A stretch of DNA of 64,000 nucleotides from Patescibacteria group bacterium (lineage in GTDB: Bacteria; Patescibacteriota; Microgenomatia; UBA12405), in the NCBI GenBank assembly GCA_018902845.1, contig JAHIPV010000009.1:8950-72949 (forward strand), in the 5' to 3' direction. Of the stretch, positions 1 through 9,574 are shown piece by piece; positions within the stretch are counted from its first letter, which is position 1, and every line of letters begins with the position of its first letter. The notes beneath the pieces are model-generated. The model was given only the letters and a program-made list of their open reading frames with translations, had not been told where the DNA came from and did not search any database. The position numbers and the translations under genes were made by a program.

Positions 1-145
1 ATGGTAATGAATAAATATAAAAACGGATTAAAAATTTTATATTGTAAAGAAAAAAGAAAAAAATAAATTGTTTTGATAGTATGACCAGAAGGGAAAGAAC
101 CGGTATCGTACCAGGACTGAACCAGGCCTTTGGGAAGTTTCATTT

Positions 146-176
146 GCCCCCCTGCGGGTGACTGCGCTGGTGCTTG
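146..176. repeat. GC-rich repeat module (CCCCTGCGGGTGACTGCGCT type)
   Basis: The same module recurs at 20874-20905, 23925-23960, 30090-30110 and 53036-53070. Confidence 0.8.
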
Positions 177-433
177 TTTTTGATACATTGGCCGTTTCCA
201 GTATGTTTTGTTTTTTAGAAACTTTTCTATAAATTCAGCCAAAACAGTTGCCAGTAAAATTTGCCAAAAAGTGTTGGCGTCTTTTTTGATAAGTAAAAAA
301 GAAATAAAAAATAGAAAAATCCAAATTAAATAGTTGAGAATGACAATGAGATTTTGGCCGAATTTAGAAGAATTAAGTTTTTCAAAAAAATCGGTTTTTG
401 ATTGCCAAAAAAAAATGTTTTTCACTGGAGTTT

Positions 434-2089
434 TTATTTTATAAAAATTAAATATTGAGTTGAAGTGTTATCTTTTGAAATATCGCTTGCTTCAGAAGCT
501 TGGCTATTTTTGTAATCATTAAAAGTATAAGGTGTTTGATCAGTTTTTGAAATTATTGAATAATCTGAATAATCGTTTGTTGTAACGTATATGACTTGAC
601 CGGAAAGAGTTTTTGTGTAATCGGTTTGTTCGAGTTTCTGCCTGTGTAAATTTGGTATAAAATATTGAAGAGAATCATTGATTGAAACAAATTCTTTATG
701 AGCTTTATCTGTAAAATATAAAGTTTTATATTTGTTTTTTGGATCGATGGCTAATATTTTTTCTAATTTTTTTATAAAATTAAAATGAAGAGTTTGTTGG
801 CCTGAAAGCTTGGTGTTTAAATACTGGTTTTGATAGATATAGCCTGTAGATAAAAAAAAGATTAAGTAAGCACAAAGAATTTTTATTATATATTTATTTT
901 TAGTTATTTTTAATTTTTTTAATATTATTACAAAATTAGTGAAAAGAATGGGAAAAATAATTAGAGCGCGATGCAGACGATAATCAACTCCATAATAGCA
1001 ATAGCCGCGAGATATAACAGCAATAACCAAGACAGCAATTGCCCAAAGAGAGGCGAGACTATTTTGCCAAAAAAGGAAAAGTGGGGATAAAATTAAAAAA
1101 ATAAAGATAAAATTGAATACCGGTGAAACAAAATTTATCCCCATGGTTTGAAAAATAAGATGTTTAAAAGCCAATAGAAGGTCACTTGTTAATTCTGTAA
1201 TGTTTTTATCTCCGGTAATCTGAATGTCATTTCTAAATCCTAGAGAAATTAAAAAAAGAAGGAGAGATGAAATAAACAAAAAAATGAAAAAATATTTTTG
1301 TTTTTTATTGATGTTTTTATTAAAAAATAAACAGAAAATAATCATTAAGGAAAAAAAGAAAAGAGATAGGCTTGGTGTGTAAGAAAAAATGAGATAGTAG
1401 AGAATAAAAGCAAAAAGAAAAAGAGGGGTATTTTTTTTATCTTTTATATAATGAAGAAATAATCCACTAATTATAAGGGCAAAAGAAAAAGGGAAAATGC
1501 TCTGTTCAAAACTAAAAAGAAGACGGTTAAAAAAGTCAATGTGAAAAAAGGAGCTTAAAATTAATGCACCGACAAGATCGCCAAAAAGAGAAAAATTAAA
1601 ATATTTTAATATTGCTGAGGAGAAAATGATAAGACCTAAAATAAAATATAAAGCTCCCCCGGTATGAAGATTAATTAGGCTACGTCCAAAGAATAAAGAT
1701 GGTAAGGTCGGTAAAAAATATTGACGAGCAGGATAACCAAAAAGACAGGTTTGACGAAAACCTTTGTCCGGTGATTGTTCAATATGATTAAGAGCGCAGG
1801 CAATTTCTTGAGGGGTTTCTCCGCTTAGGTTTGTTGCTAAAGGAATATTTTTAAAAATAATAAAAAGCAAGAAAATAATTAAGGCTGAAGTAAAAATACT
1901 TTTTTTCTTTGGAATATAAAGGATAATTTCCCAAAAGCATTTACAGGCAAAAATAGCTACATAGAGATAAGAAAAAAACCATAAATAAGTTCCAAATTTG
2001 CCAAAAGGTAAAAATTTTATAGAAAAAATATCGATTATGACCAGTAAAATAAAAGTTAGATAACCGGTAGAAAGATATAGCTTTTTCAC
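434..2089 (-). CDS. GT-C fold membrane glycosyltransferase (ArnT/PMT-like)
   Basis: 551 aa with more than 10 predicted TM helices and a long N-terminal hydrophobic core, as in the GT39/GT83 superfamily. It sits in the glycosylation locus. Confidence 0.5.
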   Translation of the reverse strand: MKKLYLSTGYLTFILLVIIDIFSIKFLPFGKFGTYLWFFSYLYVAIFACKCFWEIILYIPKKKSIFTSALIIFLLFIIFKNIPLATNLSGETPQEIACALNHIEQSPDKGFRQTCLFGYPARQYFLPTLPSLFFGRSLINLHTGGALYFILGLIIFSSAILKYFNFSLFGDLVGALILSSFFHIDFFNRLLFSFEQSIFPFSFALIISGLFLHYIKDKKNTPLFLFAFILYYLIFSYTPSLSLFFFSLMIIFCLFFNKNINKKQKYFFIFLFISSLLLFLISLGFRNDIQITGDKNITELTSDLLLAFKHLIFQTMGINFVSPVFNFIFIFLILSPLFLFWQNSLASLWAIAVLVIAVISRGYCYYGVDYRLHRALIIFPILFTNFVIILKKLKITKNKYIIKILCAYLIFFLSTGYIYQNQYLNTKLSGQQTLHFNFIKKLEKILAIDPKNKYKTLYFTDKAHKEFVSINDSLQYFIPNLHRQKLEQTDYTKTLSGQVIYVTTNDYSDYSIISKTDQTPYTFNDYKNSQASEASDISKDNTSTQYLIFIK

Positions 2090-2107
2090 TAGTCAAGTAT
2101 ACTAGAT

Positions 2108-3334
2108 GTGATGAAAAGGATTTTGATTTCTTGTACTTATTATGAACCAAATATTTCTGGAGTGACTGTATACGCCAGAATTTTGGCTGAAAAGATGGTT
2201 GGTGAAGGCTTTGACATAACCGTATTAAGTTCCAGATTTCAAAAAAACTTGGCAAAACAAAAAACAAAAAATGGAGTGAAAATAAAAAGATCTAGGGTAC
2301 TGTTTAGACTGAGCAAGGGTGTTTTTATGCCATTTTTCTGGCTGGATGCAATAAAAGAAGTTAAAAAAACGGATATTGTCAATTGTCATTTGCCACAAGT
2401 GGAATCTTTTATTTTGGCCATATTGGCAAAAATTTTTAAAAAAAGATTAATAGTAACGCATCATTGTGAATTTGGAATTGATGGGCTTTGGCACAATAAA
2501 ATAATCGGCTTAGTCACCTACCCTTTTCATTTTTTAACTTACTTATTAGCTGACAAAATCGTTTCTTATACAAAAGATTACGCTTATGTCTCAATTTTTT
2601 TGAGATTTTTTAAGAAAAAACTTATTTTTGTTTTACCACCGGCAGTGGTGGGAAAAGAAAATAAATTAAAAATCAAAGAGATCCTTCGGTCGCTAGAGCT
2701 TCCTTGGGATGACGGCGAGAGCGTCATTCTGAGCGGAAGCGAAGAATCCCAAATGAAATGCTTAACTCCCACGGGATCCCTCGACTTCGCTCGGGATGAC
2801 AGTGTCAAAATAATCGGATATGTGGGTAGAATTGGGTGGGAGAAAGGGCTAAATTTTTTGATTATGGCATGTAAAAAAATTAACGAAAAAAGAAAAGTCA
2901 AACTAGTATTGGTAGGGCCATATGAAAATGTGGCCGGAGATGGGAGTTATAAAAAATTAAGAGGATTAATCAAAAAAAATAAAGACTTGGTGGTTTTGCT
3001 TGGAGCAATAGACCATGAGGATTTGGCTAATTTTTATAAAACTTGTGATTGCTTGGTTTTGCCAAGCACTAATAATTTGGAAACTTTTGGGATTGTACAA
3101 ATTGAGGCGATGGTGTCGGGATGCGGTGTAGTGGCGTCTGATTTACCTGGGGTAAGAATGCCGGTTAAATTAACCGGAATGGGAAAAATTGCAAAAATTG
3201 GGGATAGCAATGATCTGGCAAAAAAAATAGAACAAGTTTTGGAGAGTAAGTACAGCAAAAAACAGATTAAAAAAGCTAGGGAGATTTTTAGTTCGGAAAG
3301 ATTTATTAAAGAATATAAAAAGATTTTCTGGTAA
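2108..3334 (+). CDS. Glycosyltransferase family 4 (GT-B fold). The real start is probably the ATG at 2111. Carries an in-frame repeat insertion at 2681-2803.
   Basis: N-terminal Glyco_trans_4-like region and C-terminal Glycos_transf_1 region with motif ETFGIVQIEAMVSGCGVV. The middle segment ELPWDDGESVILSGSEESQMKCLTPTGSLDFARDDS is a translated repeat element. Confidence 0.8.
   Translation: MMKRILISCTYYEPNISGVTVYARILAEKMVGEGFDITVLSSRFQKNLAKQKTKNGVKIKRSRVLFRLSKGVFMPFFWLDAIKEVKKTDIVNCHLPQVESFILAILAKIFKKRLIVTHHCEFGIDGLWHNKIIGLVTYPFHFLTYLLADKIVSYTKDYAYVSIFLRFFKKKLIFVLPPAVVGKENKLKIKEILRSLELPWDDGESVILSGSEESQMKCLTPTGSLDFARDDSVKIIGYVGRIGWEKGLNFLIMACKKINEKRKVKLVLVGPYENVAGDGSYKKLRGLIKKNKDLVVLLGAIDHEDLANFYKTCDCLVLPSTNNLETFGIVQIEAMVSGCGVVASDLPGVRMPVKLTGMGKIAKIGDSNDLAKKIEQVLESKYSKKQIKKAREIFSSERFIKEYKKIFW
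2681..2803. repeat. ~123-bp composite repeat block inserted in frame in the GT4 gene
   Basis: Contains TCCTTCGGTCGC, GTCATTCTGAGCGGAAGCGAAGAATCCC and GGGATCCCTCGACTTCGCTCGGGATGACAG. Confidence 0.85.
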
Positions 3335-3344
3335 AATTGAGTAT

Positions 3345-3551
3345 ATGTATGATTGGAGTACTGACACAACAAGGCTAATAAAGGATAAAGATGCGTGGGA
3401 GAAATGGAAATTAGAGCAAATGATTAATTTTGGTTTAAACGGCAAAAAACTCTCAAAATTAAAATTAAAAAAGTATTGGGATGAATTAGATATAGATCCT
3501 GATAAAAGAAATTATTTAAAGTTTTTGCTATGGGAAGATCCTAATTATTGA
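3345..3551 (+). CDS. Hypothetical small Trp-rich protein
   Basis: 68-aa ORF immediately downstream of the GT4 gene. No recognisable motif. Confidence 0.3.
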   Translation: MYDWSTDTTRLIKDKDAWEKWKLEQMINFGLNGKKLSKLKLKKYWDELDIDPDKRNYLKFLLWEDPNY

Positions 3552-3582
3552 CTTTTGTTAATACTGAGTATATGATATTAAT

Positions 3583-3822
3583 ATGTTGCAATTAATAACA
3601 ATAACACCAAATTGGCAATTTTATATTCCAGGAAATATTAGAAAACAAATAAAATTAAACAGACCAACAAAAGCTAAAATAAGTGTAAAGAATAAAAAAA
3701 TCGTTATTGAACCAATTAAAAGTAAAATATTGACTGGTGCCGGTATGTTTGCCGGCTCTAAGCCAAACAGAAAGATCGATGTTGATAATATCCGGGATTT
3801 TATAGATTATTCGCAATGGTGA
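3583..3822 (+). CDS. AbrB/SpoVT-family antitoxin (VapB-like)
   Basis: 79 aa with a swapped-hairpin-like N-terminus (NWQFYIPGNIRKQIKL). Overlaps the downstream PIN gene by 7 nt. Confidence 0.55.
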   Translation: MLQLITITPNWQFYIPGNIRKQIKLNRPTKAKISVKNKKIVIEPIKSKILTGAGMFAGSKPNRKIDVDNIRDFIDYSQW

Positions 3823-4235
3823 AAATAAAAAAAGTTTTTATTGATACAAATTTTTGGATTCGTTATTTTACTAAAGACAACGAAATTCAATATAAGGCAA
3901 CGGTTGATTTGGTTGAAAAAATTGAGTCTGGTAAGTTTCGTCCTTTTATTTCTGCCATTGTTTTTCTTGAAATTAACTTCGTTCTTTCTCAATTGTACGA
4001 TAAAAATTTAAAGCAAATAAATAAATGCTTTGATTTGATAATGTCATTAAGAAACCTTGTTATTGTAAATAAAACTGATTTTGAAAAAGCTTTAAAATGG
4101 CATAGGAATTTGAAAATTAAACTACCAGATTGCCTAATCGCATCTTGTCTTCCAGATAATTGTGTTTTAGTAAGTTGGGATAAAGATTTTAATAAAATAA
4201 AAGAGATTGATAGTAAAAAACCTAGCGAGTTTTAA
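3816..4235 (+). CDS. vapC: PIN-domain toxin (VapC-like)
   Basis: N-terminal FIDTNFWIRYF motif with acidic residues typical of a PIN domain. 139 aa, translationally coupled to the upstream antitoxin. Confidence 0.7.
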   Translation: MVKIKKVFIDTNFWIRYFTKDNEIQYKATVDLVEKIESGKFRPFISAIVFLEINFVLSQLYDKNLKQINKCFDLIMSLRNLVIVNKTDFEKALKWHRNLKIKLPDCLIASCLPDNCVLVSWDKDFNKIKEIDSKKPSEF

Positions 4236-5029
4236 TTCTTTGTTGCAAATAAAAAGCCTATGTTATTGTGAATTGGGTTTGGGTGAGTTTTGATTTTAAA
4301 ACCATTTTTACTAAAAGTATTGATTAAATCTTTAAGCTTGTTTGTGGGATTAAATAAATGATATTCCATGATAATATTTTCGATTTTTTGATAAGTTTCT
4401 TTGTTTAAATTAAGAAAAATATCAAATTCGGCGCCTTCACAATCACATTTAAGCAAATTACAAGTTTTGATTTTGTTAACTTGAAAATATTTTGATAATG
4501 GCATTGATTTTACTCTCTCTCTCTCTCTCTCTCTCTCGATTCCGACTTCTTGAATTGTCCTCGTGTTTAGAAAGTTGGAACTGTTTATATTCAGAGTTAT
4601 ATTATTATTTGTGGCAATGGCAAGATTGTTTGTAAAAATATTTTTTATTTTATTTTGAGTTATATTTTTTTGTAAAAGTTTACATGATTCAAAGAAAGGT
4701 TCAATTGCATAAATTGTATTAGATTTAGATTTTTTGGCGGCAAAAATTGAAAAATCCCCCACTCCCGCCCCTATGTCAATTATTATCCAGTTTTTTTTAA
4801 TTTTTATTCCAAAAACTTCATAATCTTTTTTTAGATAAGTCTCTGTTAAAACCCACAAATCCATTATGTTTCGCAGTTGGAATTTTGTTTTGTCTTTTAA
4901 AACAATGGTCGTGTTTTTGCTTGTATGAAAAATTTGATTAAAAAATAATTTTGATAGAGAAAAAGTCGGATGTTTAATGTTTGTAAACAAAACAAATAAA
5001 GTTTGAAGATAATAAAATATTTTTTTCAT
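4232..5029 (-). CDS. FkbM-family SAM-dependent methyltransferase. Contains a (CT)12 microsatellite.
   Basis: Motif IIDIGAGVGDFSIFAA and downstream KCDCEGAEFDIF resemble FkbM. The ERERERER run is encoded by (CT)12 at 4513-4537. Confidence 0.7.
   Translation of the reverse strand: MKKIFYYLQTLFVLFTNIKHPTFSLSKLFFNQIFHTSKNTTIVLKDKTKFQLRNIMDLWVLTETYLKKDYEVFGIKIKKNWIIIDIGAGVGDFSIFAAKKSKSNTIYAIEPFFESCKLLQKNITQNKIKNIFTNNLAIATNNNITLNINSSNFLNTRTIQEVGIERERERERVKSMPLSKYFQVNKIKTCNLLKCDCEGAEFDIFLNLNKETYQKIENIIMEYHLFNPTNKLKDLINTFSKNGFKIKTHPNPIHNNIGFLFATKN
4513..4537. repeat. (CT)12 dinucleotide microsatellite inside the FkbM methyltransferase CDS
   Basis: Perfect CT repeat read directly from the sequence. 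It encodes ERERERER on the minus strand. Confidence 0.9.
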
Positions 5030-6936
5030 TTTTTCTTAAAAATTAAAACTTTGGGGTGGTCGTAGACGGTGAAGGCTTCTTCGGATGTGTCGTCGCGGAT
5101 GTAAATACCGGGGTATAGGCATTGGCTATCAATAGTAAACCATTTATTTGTTTTTTCTTTGTAAGGAAAATTGGTGGGGCCGAAATAATAACATTTTTTT
5201 AAAAATGGCAGGTTTATCCCTGGGTAAGAATTAATTTCTATTAATTTTGTAAAACTTAATTTTTCATCAAAGAGGTTTTGGTAAAATTTTGATGTTTGGG
5301 GATATTTGTTTGGTACTGGCGGGATGGAACCCCAAAGACGATTTGATGACATGATCATATAATCGGCATTATTTATAATTGGACTTAATCTTTGCCATTT
5401 TTCTGGTGTGTCTGGATCGTAAAGCGATAGCATTTGACCACTGTAACTGCTGGCAGTTTGTTTTGGTAAGTTTAATGGAAGAGGATCGTCCCAATATTCA
5501 TTTGTAATTAAGGATTCAATGGGAATATTTTTGTAAATCCAGTTTGATGCCTGAACGCGGGAATGAGGGCGGGAATAGATAGATAGAAAAGAAATGCAAA
5601 ATATAAAATGGAAAATAAAAGTAGTAAAAATGAATTTTAAATTAGAGGTTGGCTTGATAGCGAGCAAACATATAAATGGGTAGATTGGTAAAAAATAACG
5701 CATAGTAGTGACAAATTGAGAGCCCTGAAAAAAGAAAAGAAGGATAATCCAAGCCAACAAGAGAAAAACAATAGGATTGTGATTTTTTAAGATTTTGAGT
5801 TTTGTTCCAAAATCAGTGGTTATAAGATTCCTCGACTTCGCTCGGAATGACACGATTGTTTTGAGAGTGAAACTGATAATTTTAAAAAGTGAAATGAAAA
5901 ATAGGATTGATAGAGGTAAACCAATGCCCCAGAAAACAAGATTTTTTAGGGGGAAAAGAATGGGAGTTTTACTTAGCCATTGAACGGCTGGTGGAAACCA
6001 AGCATCTGGATCATTAAACGACTGAAGTGTTTTTAAATTGTCAATAAACTGAGGGTTGGGTTTGATAAGGGAAACAAAAGCGTATGGCTGAACAAGACGA
6101 AAAACAAGAAAAGTAGTTAGCAAAAAGTAAGATCCGAGAAAAATTAACTTGATTAAACGAATGATATTAAAAAAGTTTTTGGTTTTAAAAAAATAAAACA
6201 AAAAGAATAAAGCAATAACTGGAGAAAAAAGAAGAGCAGAAATTTTAGATGCCATGGCAAGACCAAAAAAAATTGGCGAGAGAAGTAAACTCCAGCTCTG
6301 CTGGAGACCTCGAACAAGTCGAGAGATCCCTCGACTACGCTCGGGATGACAGTTTCTTTTTGTTAGCCAGTGAGATAATAGTGTAAAAGTGGCGAAAATA
6401 AAGAAGTTTAAGAAAGTGTCAACGGCAAAAAAATGAGAGAGCTGAATTGGAAAAATACAGGTTGCGTAGAAAAGGCTGGGAAGAAAATATAATAACGGCC
6501 AGGTGTTTTTTGACTTGGGTGAGGTTTTGTTGCGACTGTATAATGGTTGTTTCTTGAAAATTAACTTTGAAATAAGATACAAGGAAAAAATGTTTAGGGA
6601 ATCAAAAAAAGCTGAAAGTGCGCGACCCAGAAAGTGAATTTTACCGTAAGAATCGAGATTTAGTATGGTGGCTAAATATTTTGTCAAAAAAATAGGAAAG
6701 GTGCCATAAACAAAAAACTGATATTCTTTATAGTTGTATGGATTTAGCGGAGAGATATTAGTATTTAGGTATTGTGTAAAGGAAATCGGAAGTTTTATTC
6801 TTTCGGTTACCATGGTCAAAAATCTTTCGTCTGGGTGGAGATGCTGATCGTTGTCCCAATTAATACCGTAAAGACGAAGAGACAAGGCAAAGAGGAAGAT
6901 AAGGATTAAAATTATTTTGTTTTTATGATTTTTCAT
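5026..6936 (-). CDS. GT-C fold membrane glycosyltransferase (PMT/ArnT-like) with two in-frame repeat insertions
   Basis: 636 aa, polytopic, with an HPDERF loop motif after TM1. Repeat-derived segments are HPERSRGISRLVRGLQ (6309-6352) and SFRAKSRN (5827-5854). Confidence 0.55.
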   Translation of the reverse strand: MKNHKNKIILILIFLFALSLRLYGINWDNDQHLHPDERFLTMVTERIKLPISFTQYLNTNISPLNPYNYKEYQFFVYGTFPIFLTKYLATILNLDSYGKIHFLGRALSAFFDSLNIFSLYLISKLIFKKQPLYSRNKTSPKSKNTWPLLYFLPSLFYATCIFPIQLSHFFAVDTFLNFFIFATFTLLSHWLTKRNCHPERSRGISRLVRGLQQSWSLLLSPIFFGLAMASKISALLFSPVIALFFLFYFFKTKNFFNIIRLIKLIFLGSYFLLTTFLVFRLVQPYAFVSLIKPNPQFIDNLKTLQSFNDPDAWFPPAVQWLSKTPILFPLKNLVFWGIGLPLSILFFISLFKIISFTLKTIVSFRAKSRNLITTDFGTKLKILKNHNPIVFLLLAWIILLFFFQGSQFVTTMRYFLPIYPFICLLAIKPTSNLKFIFTTFIFHFIFCISFLSIYSRPHSRVQASNWIYKNIPIESLITNEYWDDPLPLNLPKQTASSYSGQMLSLYDPDTPEKWQRLSPIINNADYMIMSSNRLWGSIPPVPNKYPQTSKFYQNLFDEKLSFTKLIEINSYPGINLPFLKKCYYFGPTNFPYKEKTNKWFTIDSQCLYPGIYIRDDTSEEAFTVYDHPKVLIFKKK

Positions 6937-8660
6937 AAAATTAAGTCTTCTATTTCTTCTTTTGATAAATAATTTTGTTTTTTGTAAATTCTTATAACAG
7001 GATGATCAAATACGGAAAAGGTTTCTTCGGCATTTTCATCTGATAAAAGGAACGGAAAAACTGAAAACTGTTTTAATTTTTCAAATCCCAGTTTACCAGA
7101 AAAAAGAGTTTGGTAATATTTCTGAGAGTATGGAAAAAGGGATCCTTCTCCCGCCACGGCGGGATCAGGATGACGACGGTATTGGTTTTTGAAGATACGG
7201 CGGGATGGTATAAGTATGTAATCACTCTGATGAATCTGTTCTACTAACAGTTTTGGTGAATCAGGATCGCTGTCCAAATTGTAAAAATCAAAATTGTGTA
7301 CGTCTAACTGATGCTGATTAACCGGTACGTTTATAACATTGCCGGCTTCAGAAAGAATTTTTGTATGAGGCAAGAGGTTATTTTTAAGCCAATCAGAGGC
7401 AGTTATGCGAATATCTGGTTTTAAATAAATTGAAAAAAATATAATTCCGGGTAATATTGAAAAAATGATTAATATTTTTGATAAAAATTTGTATTTTTTG
7501 ATCTGTTGAAAAAAAACGATTGATAAAAAAGGAAAAACAAAAAAAATCGGAGACATGAAACGAGACCATTTGGTGTAAAGAAAAGAATTGTAAAAAAAAT
7601 AGACAAGAGCAGGAATGAGAACGACTAGCCAGTTAATTAATGTGTCATCCCGCTTAGCGGGACGTGGTGATCTCGTAGGAAATGTAAAAGATGTGGTTGT
7701 AACTCCGGCGGGATTGCCACGTCGTAAAACTCCTCGCAATGACAGAATTGCTCCAATTATTGCAAATAGCAATACAGGCGGGCCGACGGCGTAGGGGAAA
7801 ATTTTGGTAAATTGAAAAAGAATTGGTGTGGAGTTTAAAAACTGGTTAGTGTAGAACATTTTAGTTTTTCCCATAGCAACAGAGGTTTCATAATTTAAGG
7901 TTGATCTAAAATCAGGTCCGGCAATAAGGTTGAATGGAGAAAAAATTATGAAAAATAGAGTGCTATTGAGTAAAAGAAAAGAAGTGAGAAGAAGTAGGTA
8001 ATTTTTTTTATTTTTTTTAAAAAAAGCAAAAAAAATAGACAAAAGCATTGGACCAAGAAAAAAAAGAGAAGTGATTTTTGAAGCCAAGCCAATACCGGTG
8101 ATAATCGAGGATAAAAATATACTTACCAGAGATTGATTTTGATAAAAATTGAGAGCCAAAAATATGTTTATGGCGAAAACGAAAATAAGCAAGGATTCGG
8201 TGGTACCAAAATGAGCTAATTGTATTAAGGCCGGTGTAAAAATTAAAAATAAAAGCAATAAAACACTTTGTTTAAATGAAAAAAATAATTTTTTGGAAAT
8301 TAAATAAAAAATGAAAACTGAAATTGAAGAAAAAAGAGATGAATAAAACCTCAGCATCAAAACAGAGTTAATAAAATTATTTGGTAGTTTTAATGAATAA
8401 AGAGTGAAAAAAGCCAGATAGAGAGGAAATTGACCATAAGCAAAAAAATGAGGGTTTAAGTCCGTTATTTTTAATTTTGATATAGCAGTGGCCATATTGT
8501 TTTCATCCGGATGAAAAAAATAAGAATCCGCCCAATCAAGTTTATAAAAACGAGTGAGGATAGTAAGAAAAAAGAGAAAAAAGATTAAAAATGTTTTTTT
8601 TGAGAAAAACGCTTCGCTAGATTTTTGGGGCTGTTTTTTAAATAACATAGATAATAGCAA
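6933..8660 (-). CDS. GT-C fold membrane glycosyltransferase (paralog) with an in-frame repeat insertion
   Basis: 575 aa, polytopic, with an FHPDEN loop motif similar to the neighbouring paralog. The segment RRGNPAGVTTTSFTFPTRSPRPAKRDDT is encoded by repeat modules at 7643-7745. Confidence 0.55.
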   Translation of the reverse strand: MLLSMLFKKQPQKSSEAFFSKKTFLIFFLFFLTILTRFYKLDWADSYFFHPDENNMATAISKLKITDLNPHFFAYGQFPLYLAFFTLYSLKLPNNFINSVLMLRFYSSLFSSISVFIFYLISKKLFFSFKQSVLLLLFLIFTPALIQLAHFGTTESLLIFVFAINIFLALNFYQNQSLVSIFLSSIITGIGLASKITSLFFLGPMLLSIFFAFFKKNKKNYLLLLTSFLLLNSTLFFIIFSPFNLIAGPDFRSTLNYETSVAMGKTKMFYTNQFLNSTPILFQFTKIFPYAVGPPVLLFAIIGAILSLRGVLRRGNPAGVTTTSFTFPTRSPRPAKRDDTLINWLVVLIPALVYFFYNSFLYTKWSRFMSPIFFVFPFLSIVFFQQIKKYKFLSKILIIFSILPGIIFFSIYLKPDIRITASDWLKNNLLPHTKILSEAGNVINVPVNQHQLDVHNFDFYNLDSDPDSPKLLVEQIHQSDYILIPSRRIFKNQYRRHPDPAVAGEGSLFPYSQKYYQTLFSGKLGFEKLKQFSVFPFLLSDENAEETFSVFDHPVIRIYKKQNYLSKEEIEDLIL

Positions 8661-9573
8661 TCATCATTAGTCCCCAGGAAAGTACAGAAATCAAAATTGG
8701 TATATCGGTGGCGATTATTTTTTCTGGTCTTTCGCCTTCCTGCATTTCAAAGATTATTTGACCATATCTCATGATACCGATTATGACAGGAAACAAAGTT
8801 ATCATATACCATTTGCGATTAAGGGCTTTTGGGATGTTATTTAAAAGAAATTGATGAATTAATCCATCAAAATGAACCGGTTCTTCAAAAAAAGTGAACA
8901 TAGCGTATGTAATAAGAGTGGCAACGGCAAAAATAGATGAATAAAAATTAAGCAAAGCTTTTGTATAGCCCTGTAAGGCTGGTCTGGTTTTTTTACCGGT
9001 ACCAACCAATTCGCTCCTGCGTTTACCACTGGCGATAAAAAGAGAAAGAAAAATAACCGTAAGCATTAACCAAACCGGAAGATGATAACCAGTGGCCAAT
9101 TCACCAGCATAGACACGAATGATAAAAAATAACGATATGCCCAAAATGTCGAAAAGTGCTTTCTTTTTGAAAACAAATGAGTACATAAATTGAAGACAAA
9201 TAAATAGAAGAGAAGTCACAAAAAATGAGATATTGATTGACAAAGAAATAAAAAGACCCAAGATTGCCAAGAGAAAAGAGACAAAGATAGCTTCGTTTTT
9301 TAATAAAACACCACGAGCCAAGGGGCGGTTACATTTGGTAGGGTGCATTTTATCTTTTTCTATATCTACAATATCGTTAACCAGATAAGACGAAGACGAT
9401 AAAAAAGAAAAAGTGCAAAAAGCCAGAATTGATTTTAACAAAAGACTGGAATCTAGTAGTTGACCGTTGATAATTAAAGCGGCAAAAAGACTGAGATTTT
9501 TTATCCATTGTGTTGGCCTTAAGGCCTCAAAAACGGACAAAAACTTAGAGTTTTTATTATTTTGACCCGACAC
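8638..9573 (-). CDS. UbiA-family prenyl-phosphate phosphoribosyltransferase (decaprenyl-phosphate phosphoribosyltransferase-like)
   Basis: Motif NDIVDIEKDKMHPTKCNRPLARG matches the NDxxDxxxDxxHPxKxxRPxAxG signature of DPPR synthase-type UbiA enzymes. About 8 TM helices. Confidence 0.7.
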   Translation of the reverse strand: MSGQNNKNSKFLSVFEALRPTQWIKNLSLFAALIINGQLLDSSLLLKSILAFCTFSFLSSSSYLVNDIVDIEKDKMHPTKCNRPLARGVLLKNEAIFVSFLLAILGLFISLSINISFFVTSLLFICLQFMYSFVFKKKALFDILGISLFFIIRVYAGELATGYHLPVWLMLTVIFLSLFIASGKRRSELVGTGKKTRPALQGYTKALLNFYSSIFAVATLITYAMFTFFEEPVHFDGLIHQFLLNNIPKALNRKWYMITLFPVIIGIMRYGQIIFEMQEGERPEKIIATDIPILISVLSWGLMMIAIIYVI

Positions 9574-9574
9574 A

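Noticed and set aside
2584-2901. 105-aa minus-strand ORF inside the GT4 gene
   Set aside because: It is the antisense translation of the composite repeat block (SRAKSRDPVGVKHFIWDSSLPLRMT-type peptide). It is a typical repeat-derived artefact, not a gene.
1941-3445. Several 90-110-aa minus-strand ORFs (1941-2267, 3034-3372, 3170-3445)
   Set aside because: They overlap the strongly supported GT4 gene or read AT-rich intergenic DNA. Phe/Leu/Ile-rich composition is what random AT-rich sequence gives.
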